Below, piece after piece: positions 60,797 to 64,000 of a stretch of 64,000 bases of DNA. Every line of letters begins with the position of its first letter. Within the stretch, counting starts at the first letter, position 1. The position numbers were made by a program, and so were the translations under genes. The stretch is from NCBI GenBank assembly GCA_031423895.1, contig JANPGK010000035.1, forward strand, positions 6,720-70,719, given 5' to 3'. Below the pieces are notes generated by a model that did no database searches, was not told the DNA's origin, and saw only the letters and a program-made list of their open reading frames with translations. Origin of the DNA: Hyphomicrobiales bacterium. Its GTDB lineage: Bacteria > Pseudomonadota > Alphaproteobacteria > Rhizobiales > JANPGK01.

Positions 60797-62557
60797 ATGA
60801 TTCTCAAAGCTGCGCGCCACTCTAAACAGCAGTTGCTGAAATCGCTGACACTTGGTGCGGCGGTCATGAAGAATATTATGGCAGAAGCTGTTCTGATTCC
60901 AAACCGAATTTTATGGTGCTCTTTAGTTATTAATATTTTGAATATGGTATTGCCGTTTGTTTCTATGCAGCTGTATGATAGAATTATTCCAAATTTTTCT
61001 AAAGATACACTTTTTATGCTGACCATGATGATGGTTGGTGTATTTATTTTTGATATTATACTGAAAACAGCGCGCGGATATTTAGTGAGTCTAGAGGCGG
61101 CTCAAGATTCATACCATATTTTGATGGATGCACATGCGCGTGTGTTGAGTGCGCCCGCCGATAAAATCAATGGAGTGAGCCAAAGCACTTGGGTGGAGCG
61201 GTTTCAATCCCTCAATCAGGTGACAGATTATTTGGGCTCACCCTCGCGCCTGATTGCGGTGGATGTGCCGTTTTCAATGGTTTTTATTATGATGATGACA
61301 TTGGTTGGTGGCTGGCTGGCGCTCATTCCAATCGCTGTTTTTATTGGTTTTAGCATTTTTGCTCATGATCATGGTAAAAAACTGCGCGGCGTGAGTGAAG
61401 TGCGCAATACTGAAGACGCAAAAATGCGTGATTTTTTTATTGAATCACTCACTGGTGTTACGACAATTAAAGGACTGGGGCTTGAACCGCAAATGCAGCG
61501 GCGATTTGAGCGGCTTACAGAAACAATCTCTCGCAATAATTATGCTCTGTATCGCTTGAATGATGAATCGCAAAGTTTTGGCAATTTAATCGCGAATGTT
61601 ACGCAGGTGATGACGGTGAGCATTGGCGCGGCACTGGTGATTAATGAACAAATTTCGATGGGTGTTTTAGCGTGCTGTACATTGCTTTCTGCTCGCGCTG
61701 TGCAGCCATTGGCACGGCTTGCATCGGTATGGAATGAATTGCAGACGCTGGGTTTGCATCACGAAAAAGCACGCAACATTCGTGAATTGCCACCTGTACC
61801 CGCCGATTTTTACACGGCACCATTTAACCGATTGCAGACCCGCACAGCGCCTGCAACAATTACTTTGGAACATGTTGAGGTGCGACGCAGCGATGGCAAA
61901 TTAATATTAGAGGATGTCAATCTTGTGATTCCAGCGGGTGGGTGCATTGCCATTTCTGGTGCGGATGGCTCTGGTAAATCGGCAATTTTAAAACTGATCG
62001 CAGGGCAGGCCACGGCTGAGTCTGGGCGTGTTTTGATCAATGGCGTGCCGATCGATGCCGTGAGTGCAGCGGGCTTGAAGCACAATATGAGTATGATTAC
62101 GAGTAACAGCCAAACGTTTTCGGGCACAATTTTAGAGAATATTGCGCTATTTTCTGAAGGTGAGAATTTGGAATATGCCAGATTTGCAGCGCGGTTGATT
62201 GGGTTGGAAAAGGATATAGAACAGCTGCCTGCTGGGTATGATACGGTTTTGGGTGAAAATATTGCTGAACAATTGCCAGCAGGGTTTTTGGAGCGGATCT
62301 TAATTGCGCGCGCAATTGCACGCAAATCGTCTATTTTATTATTTGATGAAGCCAACGCATCATTGGATATGGTGAACGACACTGCGTTGAATAATGGCCT
62401 TAAAAAACTCCATGGGATCACCACTATGGTTTTAGTGACCAACAGGCCATCTATGGCGAAAATTGCCGATGTGCATTATCGCATTGAAAATTGCAAACTT
62501 TTGCCGATGGTGCATACCGCACCCGCGAAAATATCAGTACAAGGGGGGGCGGCATGA
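60797..62557 (+). CDS. Type I secretion-type ABC transporter (TMD + NBD)
   Basis: MQLYDRIIP, GADGSGKS, LLFDEAN; start uncertain. Confidence 0.85.
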   Translation: MILKAARHSKQQLLKSLTLGAAVMKNIMAEAVLIPNRILWCSLVINILNMVLPFVSMQLYDRIIPNFSKDTLFMLTMMMVGVFIFDIILKTARGYLVSLEAAQDSYHILMDAHARVLSAPADKINGVSQSTWVERFQSLNQVTDYLGSPSRLIAVDVPFSMVFIMMMTLVGGWLALIPIAVFIGFSIFAHDHGKKLRGVSEVRNTEDAKMRDFFIESLTGVTTIKGLGLEPQMQRRFERLTETISRNNYALYRLNDESQSFGNLIANVTQVMTVSIGAALVINEQISMGVLACCTLLSARAVQPLARLASVWNELQTLGLHHEKARNIRELPPVPADFYTAPFNRLQTRTAPATITLEHVEVRRSDGKLILEDVNLVIPAGGCIAISGADGSGKSAILKLIAGQATAESGRVLINGVPIDAVSAAGLKHNMSMITSNSQTFSGTILENIALFSEGENLEYARFAARLIGLEKDIEQLPAGYDTVLGENIAEQLPAGFLERILIARAIARKSSILLFDEANASLDMVNDTALNNGLKKLHGITTMVLVTNRPSMAKIADVHYRIENCKLLPMVHTAPAKISVQGGAA

Positions 62558-64000
62558 TCAATTTTGACCAAATGCGCAACTTCTTTGAGCAGCGTATGCA
62601 AAATCATCCCACTGCGGATGAAAATGTGGTGCATCAACAATTTGACCAATTACAGCAGCAATTTAAAGCGCTGCACAATTTTCAAATGAGTGGTGAGGGC
62701 TTTGGCGATTCTGCAGCGGCGCGGTGTTTGCCAGTATTATTGGCGGCACTGGGTTGGAATGGCGAGCGACGCCATGTGATTGAGGCGCTACCCCATGTGG
62801 AGATGATCACCGATTTATCTGAATTACAAATGGTGTTGAACCGATTAAATTTCAGTGCCGAGATGATAGACGCCCCCCACCCTGAGCGGCTTTCAGAATG
62901 TTTGCCATGTTTGGTGGAATTTGAGGGGGATATTGGAATATTGCTGGACATCACGCCAGACAATAAGGGGTTTTTATATTTAGGCGATACCGATATTTAC
63001 ACCGAATTGCCTCTACATAACGCCAATTGCAATTTTTTTATGCTGAAGAAAATCTCTGGTAATCGGGGGTCTAAAACTGGGCGTTATAATTGGATGCATG
63101 AGACAATTGTTGCGTTAAAATCGTCTATTTTTCAAATTTTTAGAATTAGCACAGTGATCAATATATTGGTGTTGATGACAACGCTTTATGTCACCATGGT
63201 GTATGATAAGGCAATTGGTGGCAAATCTCAACTTACATTATTTTTCTTTTGTCTTGGTATTATTGGGATTATGGCAGGAGAAATTTATCTGCGCAAAATT
63301 CGCAGCAACATGATTGCCTATATGGGTGCACGCATGGATGCGCTAATACAAATTAATACGTTTCGCAGCATTATCAATTTGCCATTGGTGATGACAGAAA
63401 CCGCGCCTCTGAGCGCTCAAATGGCACGGTTTAAGCAGTTTGAAATTGGCAAAGATCTCTTTATCAGCTCGATTGCTGCCGCCATTCTTGATCTGCCATT
63501 CACCATTGTGTTTATTGGCGCGATATTTGTGATGGGTGGCGTTTTAGGTTGGTTTACCGTTGCGTTGGTGGTTTTGTTTGCAGTGCTTTCCCTAGTGGCG
63601 TTTCCCATTATGGAGGCAACAACAGCCCGTGCGGGGGAAGCAAAATCAAAATCGGATGTTTTGGCACTGGAAACGGCGGCAAAATTGAATAGTATTCGCG
63701 AGAATAATATTGAACGCATTTGGGTGATGAGAATGCGTGATCGACTAACAACATATTTAGACTACCGTTTTCAATCTCAAAATATTAGCAGCCTATTTCA
63801 AACCATTGCACAAAATTTGGTGATGCTCACTGCGGTGACCACCATGGCCGTTGGCGCGATGAAGGTGATGGATAAAACCCTCACGATTGGGGGATTAATT
63901 GGGGTTACCACCTTGATGTGGCGTGTGTTTATGCCGATACAAGTTTTATTTTTAAGCATTCAACGGCTCAAACAAGTGTTCAACACCATGTCGCAAATTA
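62554..64000 (+). CDS. Second type I secretion-type ABC transporter, runs off the window end
   Basis: ATGA overlap; CLPVLLAALGW...EALPH N-terminal region, MVYDKAI, LDLPF; reading frame appears open to 64000. Confidence 0.8.
   Translation, partial: MINFDQMRNFFEQRMQNHPTADENVVHQQFDQLQQQFKALHNFQMSGEGFGDSAAARCLPVLLAALGWNGERRHVIEALPHVEMITDLSELQMVLNRLNFSAEMIDAPHPERLSECLPCLVEFEGDIGILLDITPDNKGFLYLGDTDIYTELPLHNANCNFFMLKKISGNRGSKTGRYNWMHETIVALKSSIFQIFRISTVINILVLMTTLYVTMVYDKAIGGKSQLTLFFFCLGIIGIMAGEIYLRKIRSNMIAYMGARMDALIQINTFRSIINLPLVMTETAPLSAQMARFKQFEIGKDLFISSIAAAILDLPFTIVFIGAIFVMGGVLGWFTVALVVLFAVLSLVAFPIMEATTARAGEAKSKSDVLALETAAKLNSIRENNIERIWVMRMRDRLTTYLDYRFQSQNISSLFQTIAQNLVMLTAVTTMAVGAMKVMDKTLTIGGLIGVTTLMWRVFMPIQVLFLSIQRLKQVFNTMSQI

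Overview
A 64-kb chromosomal window from an alphaproteobacterium (Hyphomicrobiales-like gene content). It is mostly housekeeping: cheAY-cheW-cheY, sciP, fliK-flgD, mnmA, phaR/phaA/phaB, hda-ppk-ppx, ubiE/ubiB, mutM, trpS, murJ, opgG(D)-opgH, class I lysS, thrB, ispH, xerD, aroKB, an AmmeMemoRadiSam pair, dnaA, ftsEX, ffs-dnaX-ybaB-recR, a (6-4) photolyase cassette beside tRNA-Arg(CCG), rsmE and two type I secretion ABC genes. The striking feature is 16 short (70-200 bp) palindromic repeat elements of at least 4 families. Five sit in frame inside conserved genes (gloB, ubiB, ubiE, mutM, xerD) and one forms the C-terminus of an Hda-like gene. They add about 25-67 aa peptides, sometimes between catalytic motifs, as Rickettsia palindromic elements do. 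The elements are modular, and some carry a second ~30-bp element nested in a hairpin loop. No mobilising transposase or nuclease is in the window. Several AT-rich orphan ORFs are wedged between core genes. All calls come from reading the sequence and recognising motifs; no searches were run.
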